Source of the DNA: Octopus bimaculoides | Taxonomy: Eukaryota | Assembly (NCBI RefSeq): GCF_001194135.2 | Contig: NC_068995.1 | Location: 2,887,297-2,951,296 of the forward strand | Direction: 5' to 3' | Length of the DNA: 64,000 bases | Shown here: piece after piece, positions 51,901 to 64,000 of the stretch | Position numbering within the stretch: position 1 is the first letter of the stretch | Layout of the letters: every line of letters begins with the position of its first letter | The notes under the pieces: model-generated | What the model was told of the DNA's origin: nothing | Database searches by the model: none | What the model saw: only the letters and a program-made list of their open reading frames with translations | Program-made: the position numbers and the translations under genes

Positions 51901-54900
51901 CAAGTTGTCATTGTGAGGAGAAAGAGAGAGGGTCTATGCTGTGGATTGTGTTTTATTATAGGGTGGGATTTGTGTAGAATATGGGTTATGCGAGTTATAG
52001 ATGATGATGATGATGATGGTGGTGGTTGAGAGACATGTTAGAGTATTGGGTGTTGCTTATGTAAGAATCCGTGTTGTATTATTCCAGTTGGGTGGTGATT
52101 GGGTAGACTTTGTGCTGTGTGTTGTATTATTGGGTGGTGCTTCTGTAGATTATGTGTTATGTGACTGGTATCATGGTGGAGTGGTGGGTGGGAACTGTGT
52201 AGGGTATGTGCTGTTGAACCATGATGATTGGTATGATTGGTGGTGAGCTGGAAGAATTGTTAGCAGGCCGGGCGAAATGCTTAGCTGTATTTTGTCTGTC
52301 TTCACATTCTGAGTTCAAATGCCGCCAGGATTGACTCCTTTTGAGGTCGATGAAATAAGTACCAGTTATGCACTGGAGTTGATGTAATCGATGATCCTCC
52401 TCCCCTAAATTTCAGGTCTTGTTTCTATAGTAGGAATGATTTTTATTTTAATGATTGGCAGAATCGTTAGCATGCCAGGTGAAATGCTTAGCGGTATTTC
52501 ACCTGTGGCTACATTCTGAGTTCAAATTCCGCTGAGGTCAACTTTACCTTTCATCCTTTCGGGGGTCGATAAATTAAGTACCAGTTAAACACTAGGGTCA
52601 ATGTAATCAACTAGCCCCTTTCCCCTCAAAATTTTCAAGGCCTTGTACTTAGAGTAGAAATAATTATTATGATTTAATAAAGTGGTAAGCTTGCAGAATC
52701 GTTTTATATATATATGTGTGTGTGCTGGTGTCATGTAAAAAGCACCTAGTACACTCCGTAAAGTAATTGGCTGTAAGAGGGGCATCCAGCCATAGGAACC
52801 ATGCCAAAGCAAACAATTGGAGCCTAGTGCAGCCCTCCAGCCATGCCAGCTCCTGTCAAACTGTCCAATCCATGCCAGCATGGAAAACGGACATTAAATG
52901 ATGATAATGTGTGTCTCCTTGTTTTGACATCATGTGATGGTTGTAAACGGGCATCTCTGTTCTGCAAGTGGTGACCTTTGTTTCCAGTCCAAAGTGAAAA
53001 CCTATCTGACCATGGAGGAAATATTACCTTGCTTGGAAACAGTTGAGGGCTCCAAAACAGAAAGTTTGCCTCAAGCAGCAATTCTATTCAGCCATGTAAG
53101 CATGGAACAGTAATCGTTAAAACAATTCTGATGAGGATGATAATGGTAACTTTTCAAGTTCAAACCCAACTTTACTTTTTTTCTCATGGAAGTCGATAGA
53201 TTTGTCTAACCAGTGGTATACTGGAGTGGGTCAGTTCTGTTAATTTTTTTTTTATCCAACTCCACTGTGGTATTGTGTCTCAATTAAACACCATGACTGT
53301 TGTTGTTGTTGTTGTTGTTAGTATAGCGATGGTGGTGGAACTCTGCTGTGTGTGAAAACTATTGAACCAGTTTGCTTTCAGATAACAATAAATAATAATA
53401 ATAGAGCAACATATTCCAATTGTCACTGCACACCCCAGAAGCTATTTATAGGTCAATGAACTGAGATATTTGTTGTTAGTTGTCAAGAGGGTGGACTGGT
53501 CTTCTTCATATGTTTTCATACATTCAGTCTTGTCTGTTTTCTGTCAAGTAAACTCAGCAAACAACAGCCACCAGTGATAGCTTTAGAAGGACTTGTAAAG
53601 AGGTGGAGGGGTGGTTGGGAAGAAGTAAGACTTGTGAGGGTGGTAGTTGGAGGTAGAGCTGTGAGGTAGTAGAGCACCACACTCCATGCTTTTACATGGT
53701 TTGTTTGAGCTTTCTACATTTGCCTCAGTTGATTTAACCTTAAAATACCATAACTTAATTGTTGTTCAGTCCCAGGTCATTCCTGATGGAGCAGACTTGT
53801 GATCGAAGGCATGTGACCATCCCTGTCTTTTCTTGTGTACAGGAAAGCCAGAACCACATTATCCAATGTATATTCTTTCTTAAGATGGCAAGGTGTGATT
53901 TGATGGACTTTGGCTGCTATTTCTAGCAGATTGAACAACTCCCCCAAATGGTTGGAATAAGTACCAGTAATATATCATGGCCATTGACTAACTAAACCAA
54001 CAATGATTTCAAATATTGGTACAATGCCAGGAATTTATAGAGGTGACCAAAAGTCTTTGAGAGAAATTTTGCAAGATGGAATGAAGTTCCTTTTGGGTCC
54101 CACCTTGTCAGAAAGTTTTTCTTGGGTCTCTGGCCCCACCCTCAGTCCTATGTAACAACTGGACCTCTCTTCTCATAGACCTTGCAGAAAGCATATGAGT
54201 TTCTTGAATTGATACTTACGTTCTTGACCCCAAGAGGGGATGAAAAGCAAAGCTGTCCTAGAATTGAACTAAGAATACTTACCCTTCAGCATTTAAAGTG
54301 GCCACATCCGGCCCAGGTATTCTATGTATTTTATGATCTGGCTTTTCACACATACCCTTCCATGTCGTCCCCAAAATAAACAATGACATCATTGAAATCT
54401 CAAAACAAGATAATGCACAATTAATTCAAAACAATGGGAATAGACAAGCATTATATTTGACCGAATAATTTGAATGCTGTCAACCCTTTAGCATTTAAAC
54501 CAGCTACAGCAGGTTGAAATATTCTACCTGATTAAATGTTTATACCAACTAGATCTGACCTCTCAGACCTACCCTACAGTGTCATTGTAAAAATAAACAA
54601 TCACATTATCAAAAGCTTAAATCTACAAAATAATACATGATTAATTGAAGAAAATGTGGATAGATAAGCATTACGTTTAAGAGAATAATCAGTATACAAA
54701 AGGGTTAAAGGTTGATTATCAGTTCTTTTATCATTTTCATCATTCCACCATCCCAAGAAAAGGATTTAAGGCTTAGACTTAAGTCTGTTACAAACTCCAG
54801 GACTCATAAGGCTGGAGCTTGACCCTGTTTCCATTGCAGTAGAGATTACAACACAACAGCACCCCCACCCTACAAGATAGGATGCCAGTTCCTCACAAGG

Positions 54901-56828
54901 TTAACTTCCCAACTGAGTGGATTGGAGCAACATGAAATGAAGTGGCTTGCTCAAGGATACAATGCATTGCCTGGTCTAGGTATTGAAACCAGTATCTTCT
55001 GGTTGAGAGCGCAGCACTCTAACCACTAAGCTATGTGGCTTGAGGAAAACCTTACAAAACTATCTCAATTAAAAGAAGCCCAAGCTTCTTTTGATACCAT
55101 TCTACCCGGAGCCACCCATGGTTCTGTGTCACAAACTTCTTTAAAAATTATCTAAAAAAAAACTCCCATCAGAATGTCCCGTTAATTTATGTTCCAGACA
55201 TCAGATTTATAACTACAAAGTTATTTTACTGAGTTGTCTATTATTTTAAAAATAAATCAAAACAAAGCAATGAATTTCAACAGAAATATGGGGACATAAG
55301 GGTTAAGGGGATCCATCAAAATTTCATGTTTCTTTATGTCCCAAACACTTACTTAATAATAATAATGAAGTTATTTAAAAAATAAATTGAAACAAAGCAT
55401 TGTATTTCAAAAGAAATACAAATGCCTCGTTTTTTGCTTTGTTGTAACAAAAGGGCTTCTGTAGTTTGAAGTGGTTGGCCTGTCATCAAATATTTCCTTC
55501 TCTTCACTAACAACAACAAAAAAGAGTTAAAATGGAAATTCTTTACAAAATCTCTAATAAATATTCATTCTTCTGCTTCGGATGTGACTGAATTGCTTTT
55601 TTAATTTTGGGAGTAAAATTGAATATTTTAATATTGTTGGATTTTTATAATTGCTATTATCTACCTAGTGTCCCACATGTTTTACAAATCTGCCACATGT
55701 GTTGTAATGATTCCAAACGTAAAAAAATACTTCATTGTTTTGTAAACATCACACTGTTTTATAGACCTGCCACATATGTTGAGAATTACAAAACATGTGG
55801 CTCTCAACTGGTTTACAAATCTGCCACATGTCATACCATCCCACATGTTTATAATTACCACACTTGTTTTATAACTATACTACATGTTTTATAACCATCC
55901 CCATCATATGTTTTGACTATTCTCAAATGCATAGCTATTCCACATCTCATAAATACTCCACATGTTAAAAGTTACTCTACATGTTTTATTATTCTGTATC
56001 CATTGTACTTCCATCCTATCTTATATAACAACCGCACATTTATGATTACTCCCCCAAAATTATCAAAGTTTATCCTACAGTGTTCATTAGATAGATCACA
56101 TGGTTCACTTATTAGTTTACATAATTTCCTACATGTGTAATTCATGAACAGCTTACACAGTTCACTGCACACTTTTCAGCTAAAAATAGTAGGTTTTGAC
56201 TTCTACACCAAGACAATGTTGGAGGACCAAAAATTCCATGTGAAATGCAGCAGAATATGGAAAGATAGAGACAATGTTTGAGTGTTTTGTTTGAATGTTT
56301 ACAATATCTATTATGTCAATTTGTTTGCTGAAAAATGCAGTAATTATCTTAGTTTATTGTTAATGAGGTGATTGAAAGTAGTTAGCTTATTTTGCTGTAA
56401 ATATAATTTATAGGGTAAAAAGCATTGGGGCTGCTTCCATGTAATAATCACTGGTACTGTTAGAGCTCTGGTACTGGTGCCATATAAAGAGCTCTGGTAC
56501 TGGTGTCATGTAGAAAGCACTGGTGTTGGTGCCACATAAAAAGCACTGTGCTACTACCCTGTAAAATGCTCTGGTGATGGTGTCATGTAAAAAGCACCCA
56601 GTACACTCTGTAGAGTATTTGGCAGGGCATCCAGCTGTAGAAACATTGCCAACCCCTGTTGAGCCATCCAACCCATGCTGGCATGGAAAAACAGATGTTA
56701 AATGATGATGATGATGATTTATATGGTAACGTCTAGTTTTCATTGTCGAATCACTATGAGCATAGTCCATGGTGACCAATGCATGTACAATGTCAAGGTT
56801 ATCTAATGGTATTTGTTTAATTTTCCAG

Positions 56829-57130
56829 GAGGAGAACAACTGTGAACTGTACCCCAGTGTTAACAATGTAGGTAATACATACTCACTAAACTCGTTCAAT
56901 GGTAACGTTCAGGTAGAGAAACAAGCAGCAGAGAAAGACATTGTGGAAACAGCGGCAGTGAACCCTATGGAGTTCAAGCTGAGGCAGTCGGAATTTATGG
57001 AAGCTCAGAAGCAACAGGCTGAATTCATAGAAGCCCAGAAGCAACAGGCTGAGTTTATGGAAGCTCAAAAGCAACAGGCTGAATTTATGGAAGCCCAGAA
57101 GCAACAGGCTGAGAAATTAGCCGAGGAAAG
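56829..57130 (+). CDS. Constant exon C1: phase-0 acceptor, coiled-coil-like (EFMEAQKQQA)x4, phase-2 donor
   Basis: Acceptor tttaattttccag|GAG GAG; donor AAG|GTTGGT at 57130/57131; 302 nt. The phase matches the acceptor of C2. Repeat variants are mostly synonymous. Confidence 0.8.
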
Positions 57131-57833
57131 GTTGGTAATAAATCTTGCTATTTAAGTGTGAGATTTGTTGTTAGTTCAATATTTGATTTAAATTTTGAAG
57201 AATTCAGTCTTATGCTAAGACTTAGGAAAACTTTTGAAAGGTTTTTCAGAGTATTCCAAATATGATTCATTGTTTTCGTGGTTTAATTTTGATTTATTTT
57301 CTTGCATTTACTATTCCTGTCACCAACCTTTATTTACTCTTTGTCCAGAAAGGGTTTCCTTTTGTTTTTTTTCTTTTGGATTCAAGAGGAATTGAAATGT
57401 GTAGAGCTAGCAGATGATTTGTTGACAAAAAATATCAACAAATGTCACCTTCTGCTGCCACAGCCACTAATGGTTGCATCACCAGCAGCCCAACTCGTAA
57501 ATAGTGATGCTATCATTTGTAGCTGAGCTGAAAAACGGTTACGTCACTGTTTACAGCTGTAGCTCTGCATAGACTGTGAACAGTCACACACAGAGTAAAG
57601 AATGTGTGTACAAATAGATGTATGTCTGCTATTGTTATATATAGAGCTCCACATAAATTATCATAATCTAGGCTGCTTCCTAATGCAATACTGTGTTCCT
57701 TGATGATCCTTTGTGGTTGAGCATCTAAATGCTCTCTGAACACCTACAGCTGAGTTCCAAACAATGATAGTGGTGAAACGTGTGTAGGAACTTTAATAAT
57801 ATAAACTTGAGTTTATCCTTATTTCTCTTATAG

Positions 57834-57867
<34 letters not shown>

Positions 57868-58744
57868 GGAGTAAATGGAGCAAGAACACACGAAAATGAA
57901 AAGTGTTGCTGAAGAGGTCACAGATGTGTGACAAAAGATTTCTGGACAATGGACATGAGTTAAAATAATAAAATAAGAACAGTAATAAACGAGTGGAGGT
58001 AAAATATATAGTGCGTGTGCTTATTAGGCAAAAAAAAAAAAAAACACGACCATCCCAAAATACAACAAGATATATATTAGTGTTACACCACTAATATATT
58101 TAAGCAATGTGTTTGTGAATTGTTGATCAGTTGGATGTGATACTGATGGACGAGCAATACTTCCTGAAATATGCATATACACCCATTACCTGTTTTCTCT
58201 GTCTTTGATTGCATTGTTTATACAGACATATTTGTGGCACGAAATGCTGTCAATTTCAGTGCTGGCTCTGAACTCTATAGAAAATCCATAGAGGTAAACT
58301 TATATATATATATATTTGTGTATGTTTTGAATGTGAAACAATGTGTATATGTTAATAATATACACACTGTCTGACAGCTGACAGAATGTTCATTGATGGA
58401 TGTAAAAACACTGCAGTTGGTGACAGTTAAAAGAATGGAACGATTGAAATATAGTGTCAGTTATTAGAGTTGGATTTGCTGTTGTTTTGTTTTAACCTGG
58501 TGTTTGCTGTCAGCTCTGGTCAGCCTGACCAAACATCACACAGGATCCAACTGTGACCATTATTCAATGTGTCCTTTTGTTATTTTTTTATTCTTTTTCT
58601 TGTTTCAGTTGTTGGGCTGTGGCCATGCTGTGGCACTGCCTTGAAGAGTTTATTCAAACGAATTAACTTCTAGTACTTATTTCTGTGTCTTCTACTTACT
58701 TGTGAAGGTGCATGGCTTCTACTGACAAGTGAAACCACAAGGCA

Positions 58745-58995
58745 CAGGTGGTTAGAGTGTTGGGCTCACAATCACAAGGTTGTGAGTTCGATTCCTGGAC
58801 TGAGATGTGCGTGTTGTGTTCTTAAGCAAGACACTTTATTTCACGTTGCTCCGGTTCACTCAGCTGTAGAAATGTGTTGCGACATCACTGGTGCCAAGCT
58901 GCATCAGCCTTTGCCTTTCCCTCGGATAACATCAGTGGCATGGAGAGGGGGTGCTGGTACGCAAGGGCGACTGCTGGTCTTCCATAAATAACCTT
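58745..58995 (+). mobile_element. tRNA-derived SINE family C. Related copies: about 35860-36120-, 54790-55040-, 63085-63425-
   Basis: GGTTAGAGTGTTGGGCTCACAATCACAAGGTTGTGAGTTCGATTCC tRNA-like head followed by a SINE body. Confidence 0.7.
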
Positions 58996-59242
58996 ACCTG
59001 GACTTGTGTCTTGGAATTGCTCCCCTTCCAAAAGCACCATCTACTTCACACATTCAGCACTTCTTATGCCACTGTTGTCATCCCTATGCACCACATGGCC
59101 ACACCGGATTTCTCTTTCTACACAGTTTTCCTTTCAAGGCCTTACTAATGTGTTGTTGAAGGATACAAATCTTATGTTTCCAGCCTTTTATGTTTGCTTT
59201 CTTTTCTTTCTTTTTGTAAACATGTTTATATTTTTTTTGTAG

Positions 59243-59384
59243 GCAACAAAGACAGAACGAAAGCAAAGTATATAAATATATGGTTTTGAATCACGAGAAG
59301 AAAATTCTGGAAACTCTTCGAACGCTTTGGAAAGGAAACCAGTTCTGTGATGCGATGTTGCAAAATGAATGTGTGTCTATTCCA
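59243..59384 (+). CDS. Constant exon C2: N-terminal part of a BTB/POZ domain (not in the ORF track)
   Basis: Acceptor ttttttttgtag|G (phase 2), then QQRQNESKVYKYMVLNHEKKILETLRTLWKGNQFCDAMLQNECVSIP, then donor CCA|GTAAGT (phase 0). L..L...FCD..L......P is the classic start of a BTB fold. The rest of the domain was not found in the window. Confidence 0.8.
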
Positions 59385-60897
59385 GTAAGTTTTAGCCGTT
59401 GTTTATTGTAAGATAACTAGTCATCATCATCATCATCGTTTAATGTCTGTTTTCCATACTGGCATGGGTTGGACGGTTCCCATCATATGATGGGCAACAC
59501 TGTAGTGTTAATATAAATTTGTTTGTTATGCAATAATGTTGTATAAGACTACTTTAATATGAAATCATCAATGTTATGCAATAGTGTTGTATGCAAGACT
59601 ATTTTAATATAAAGTTAATGTTAGAAATAGATCCTGTTGGATACAAGACTCAACCTTTGTGAGAGAAACTTTGTAGATAGAAACTGTATGGAAGCCCTTT
59701 TGACAGACTCTCTCCCTGTAATTCAAAAGGTCAGCTTTGTCACAGTTATGCTGGTTTTTTTCCATGAATTGCATTTAGTATACACATGTCTGGAATACTC
59801 AGCCACTTAGATGCTAGTTCAGTAATGATCTGTTTACATACAATAAATACTTTACCTTACAATTGAGGGGTAGGGGAATTGTAGTGTGCAATACTCCCCC
59901 CCCCCCCCAAAAAAAAACAAAGGTTACAAAACGCTGGCTGAGAAGTAAGTTCTTACACAAGCAATTTCCTCCCTGTCATAATTCGTTGTTAGACTTTTGT
60001 TTTTGTTGTTGTTTAGTGTAAGGTGAGCCATGTTGTAACAGAATTACGATGGAAAATGTTCCAAAATAACTTATTATTTACACCACAAATACATCCAATC
60101 TTATTCAACCGAGAATAATTAATTCATCTAAATTCAGAGAAGGAAAACAACGTTGTCATATTTTTGGGACAAATTAATTTGATTGCTGAAAAAACAACAA
60201 AATAAAAACTCAAGAATTAAAAAAAAGAACTGATTTTTGTAGTCCAAGGGAGGTAATTTTTTCCTTTAGAACAACCCACGAAAAGAAATGAAATGAGATT
60301 AGTGAGATATTTGTTCAGCTATGGCCTTAAGGTCTGAAATTTGGGGAAAAGGGCCACTCAATTAAACTCGTACTTATTTTATAGACCCTGAAAATACGAA
60401 AGCTAACGTTGACCTGGGCGGAATTTGAACCCAGCATGTTAAGACAGACGAAATGCCACTGAGTATCTTATTTTGTCTCTTGTGATAGTGATATTTCCCT
60501 GGCCTATGGCAAAACCATTAAGTAACAGTTTGAGGCGGTGGATTAACAGAATCGGTAATCGGTAAGCCTTGCGTTATTTAGTTCTGGCCCTCTATGTCCT
60601 GAGTTCAAACCATGTTGAGGTCAACTTCATTTTCCATCCCTCCAGAGTGATAAAATGAAATCAAGTACGAAACGGAATTAACTAATATTGGTCTGTCAGA
60701 GGCGTCTTTAAGTAAGAGATTCTGGCTGAAGATCCTAAAAGAATCTTCATGGTGCTGCTTGTGCTTCAATGGTGGATAAGGGTTCTAACACCAGCTGCTA
60801 TATATATATATATATACTTTATTAAAAAGCCTCAAAAATATCACAAAAACGTTCCCGTTTGTTGGACAGTTTTGTTTAGAATGGAGCAAGATGGAGT

Positions 60898-60931
<34 letters not shown>

Positions 60932-62278
60932 CAAGCATGGAAAAGTGTTAAATGATGTATGTATTTATGATCGTGCAAGCTCAATGAAGTGATGGCACTC
61001 TTCTGACCAGAAGTAGCAATAATCAACATCATCATTATCGTCCGCTTTCCATACTGGCATGGGTTGGAAAAATTGACAGGAGTTGGCCAGCTGGAGGACT
61101 GCCCAGACTCCAGTTGTCTGCTATGGCATCGTTTCTATGGCTGGATGCTCTTCCTAATGCCAACCATTTTACAGAGCATGCTGTATTTATAGTCACATTT
61201 GTAATAGAATGAGTAGAAAAACTGTTGAAAACTGGATGTAAGGGAGACAACTCTTCATTACCAGCTGACTAAATTGTTGTCAACGATAACCAACCCCCAA
61301 CTCGGTACAGTTAGGAGTGGATTTTGTCTTTAACCTTCTGGCACTCGTGTTATTCTGTCAGATGTAATACTTATTCAAATTGTTTTCAATTAATCATGCA
61401 TTATCTTGTAGCTTTGAGATTTCAATTATGTAATTATTTTAAGAAAGTCATTGCAGAGTAGTCGTGAGAGGCTTGATCCGGTCAGTTTGAACATAAAACA
61501 GGGAGAAGATTTGGGTCAGATATGACCTGTTTGAATGTCAAAGGGTTAAAGCCAACTCGTGAGAGCAAGATATACATTAGCATGTGTAAACAACGTACAT
61601 TTGCACTTTGATAGTTGATAACTTAGTGAATACTGATTTTTGTTGCAATCAGAACAGCCATGATTATCGGTGACAACTCGATCTTTCAAGTTCAAACTTG
61701 TGCCTTAGTGATCAGATGGTGACTCTATTTAGTAAAGTGGTGCAAAGAGACTGGCTACCATCTTGAAGGACATTCATCATCATCATCATCGTATAACGTC
61801 CGTTTGCCATGCTGGCATGGGTTGGATGGTTTGACTGATGTCTGGAAAGCCATTATATCTAGTAATACTGGTGCAACTAATTTTACTGCTAACAGGAAAA
61901 GTTCACAAGTGTAAAGCAATGTGTGTGTATGTTTTCTTTTACTTGTTTCCAATCATTTGGCTGTGACCATGCTGGAGCACCACTTTGAAGGGACTTAGTG
62001 TTTCTAAGAAATAGTACTTATTCTTTCAGTCTCTTTTGCTGAGCCACCAAGTTACAAGGACATAAACACACCAGCATTGGTTGTCAAGCGATGGTGGGAG
62101 CTGGGGGACAAACACAATCACATATACATATGTAAAATATATATAGGGTAGTGAGTTTTTTTCCAAATTTCACTACCAGTGGCCTAGCATGTATAAAAAG
62201 TCAATTGACAACATATTCTCAATATAAAATAGTGTACATTTAAACACAAGAAAAAACTGCCTTCAACAGGCAGTTTTT

Positions 62279-62746
62279 ACATGCTAGAAGAAGTAGTCAA
62301 AACGACTAAAACCATATTTAAGGGCAATCTTCAAAAGGAAAGAAAAATAATAACTCTTACCTTGTTATTTCATTCCGGTCAGACCTAAAAATAATTTGCT
62401 AGGCGAATCTTTCATCAGTGATTGCGCCATAACACAAACATAATTATGAGATGATTAACACGTGTCTCTTTATTATACATTATAATTTTTCAAATTCACC
62501 ACTCAAGCACAGTTTCATTTGGCAGTAAATGATTAACTACCAAATTAATCTTGTAAAAATTACTAAAAACATATACGTAAAATATATATAGAGTAGTGAG
62601 TTGTTTGTTAGAAATTTCACTACCAGTGGCCTAGCATGTATAAAAAGTCAATAGACAACATATTCTCAATATAAAATAGTGTACATTTGAACACAACAGA
62701 AAACTTAAATGTGGTTTTGGTCGTTTTGACTGCTTCTTCTAGTGTA
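62279..62746. mobile_element. MITE with about 40-bp TIRs, preceded by a partial direct duplicate of its interior
   Basis: CTAGAAGAAGTAGTCAAAACGACTAAAACCATATTTAAG versus CTTAAATGTGGTTTTGGTCGTTTTGACTGCTTCTTCTAG. Segment 62148-62250 repeats at about 62594-62697. Confidence 0.75.
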
Positions 62747-63616
62747 CACATGACAGGCTTCTTTCAGTTTCTGTCTACCAAATGCATTCGCGAGGCTTTG
62801 GTTGACCTGAGACTATAGAAGAAGACACTTGCCCAAGGTGTCATGCAGTGGGACTGAACCCAGAATTCTGTGCCTACATACATATACACTCATGCACACA
62901 TTCTTATGTATGTATGTATGTATATGACGATGAGAAAATGATGATAATTATGTTATCATCATCATTTAACACCTGTTTTGCATGCTGGCATGGGTTGGTT
63001 GTTTGACAGGAGACCGGTTAGCTGCAGGGTTGTGTCAAGTTCTAATGTCATGTTTTATATATATCTATATATCTCAGCGTTGGTTACGAGGACTCCAGTT
63101 GATCAGACCAACGGAACAGCTTGCTTATGAAATTAACGTGCAAGTGGCTGAGCACTCCACAGGCACGTGTGCCCTTAATGTAGTTCTTGGGGTGGAGATT
63201 CAGTGTGACAAGGCTGGCCCCTTTGCTATACAGATACAACAGAAACAGGAAGAAAGAGAAAGTTGTGGTGAAAGAGTACAGCAGGGTTCGCCACCCCACC
63301 CCCTGCCAGAGCCTTGTGGAGCTTCAGGTGTTTTTGCTCAATAAACACTCACAACGCCTGGTCTGGAAATCAAAACCGCAAACCTATGACTGTGAGTCTG
63401 CTGCCCTAACCACAGGGCCATTGCACCTCCACAATTGTATACATAATCATACATGGACACACACTGCTCTGTACTCAACAAAATGCTTTGTTTCTGAAGC
63501 ATATGTGTACCTAGTTCTAACAGTGAGTCATTAGTATCATTTATGTCTAAATGCAATTATATATATTTATATAATTGCATGGCCGCAGTCAAATGACTGA
63601 AACAAAAAAAACAAAA

Positions 63617-63650
<34 letters not shown>

Positions 63651-63679
63651 TCAGGTACACGACACTGCTTTTCCCCTTC

Positions 63680-64000
63680 CCAGGCCACAGGCCCACACCC
63701 CCAACACCCATACTGTTAGGATTGGCACTCTCAACGTCGGCACGCTGAAAGGTAGATCTGGTGAAATTGTTGAGATGCTTGAACGGAGATGCGTAGATAT
63801 GTGCTGCATCCAGGAAGTAAGATGGAGAGGAGGTTCTGCAAGGTTCCTCACAGGCAAAGAACACAGGTACAAGATTTTCTGGGCAGGGAACACTGACGGG
63901 GTCGGGGGCGTAGGAATACTTCTAGCGGAGAAATGGGTGGATAAGGTAATCGAGGTCGTTAGAGTAAGTGACAGAGTACTTAAGATCAGACTAGTGCTTC
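63680..64000 (+). mobile_element. RTE LINE apurinic endonuclease domain, open to the window end
   Basis: VRIGTLNVGTLKGRSGEIVEMLERRCVDMCCIQEVRWRG...GVGILLAEKWVDKVIEVVRVSDRVLKIRLVL with no stops; probably a young copy. Confidence 0.92.

Noticed and set aside
57302-57526. ORF directly after C1 as a possible next exon
   Set aside because: Its long open frame needs a phase-1 junction and does not fit the C1 donor; 59243 fits exactly.
58745-58800. tRNA-like sequence (and other SINE heads)
   Set aside because: No complete cloverleaf and it continues into a SINE body, so it is not a tRNA gene.

Overview
Eukaryotic, AT-rich, microsatellite-dense genomic DNA with four N-gaps. The SINE/RTE repeat repertoire looks like a cephalopod, most likely Octopus; this is inferred from memory of the repeat families, not from a search. 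There are no rRNA genes, true tRNA genes or CRISPR arrays. Most of the window is SINEs, RTE/CR1/Penelope/Gypsy fragments, MITEs and decayed DNA transposons (mariner, Merlin, a THAP-bearing element). The main signal is on the + strand from about 23.6 to 59.4 kb. Five intact, ATG-initiated, transposon-derived exons lie in tandem: three FLYWCH zinc fingers of MULE type and two Crypton-type tyrosine-recombinase (DUF3504-like) domains that lack the catalytic C-terminus. Each ends in a phase-0 splice donor. Downstream, a phase-0 acceptor exon (56829-57130, coiled-coil repeat) joins in the correct phase (2) to an exon starting a BTB/POZ domain (59243-59384) that the ORF track missed. The simplest reading is one gene with an array of alternative first exons, each a domesticated transposon DNA-binding domain, spliced to a constant BTB region. 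This would be a mirror image of Drosophila mod(mdg4)/lola, laid out like the clustered protocadherins. All splice junctions are predicted from sequence only. Repeat boundaries are approximate (about +/-20 bp).
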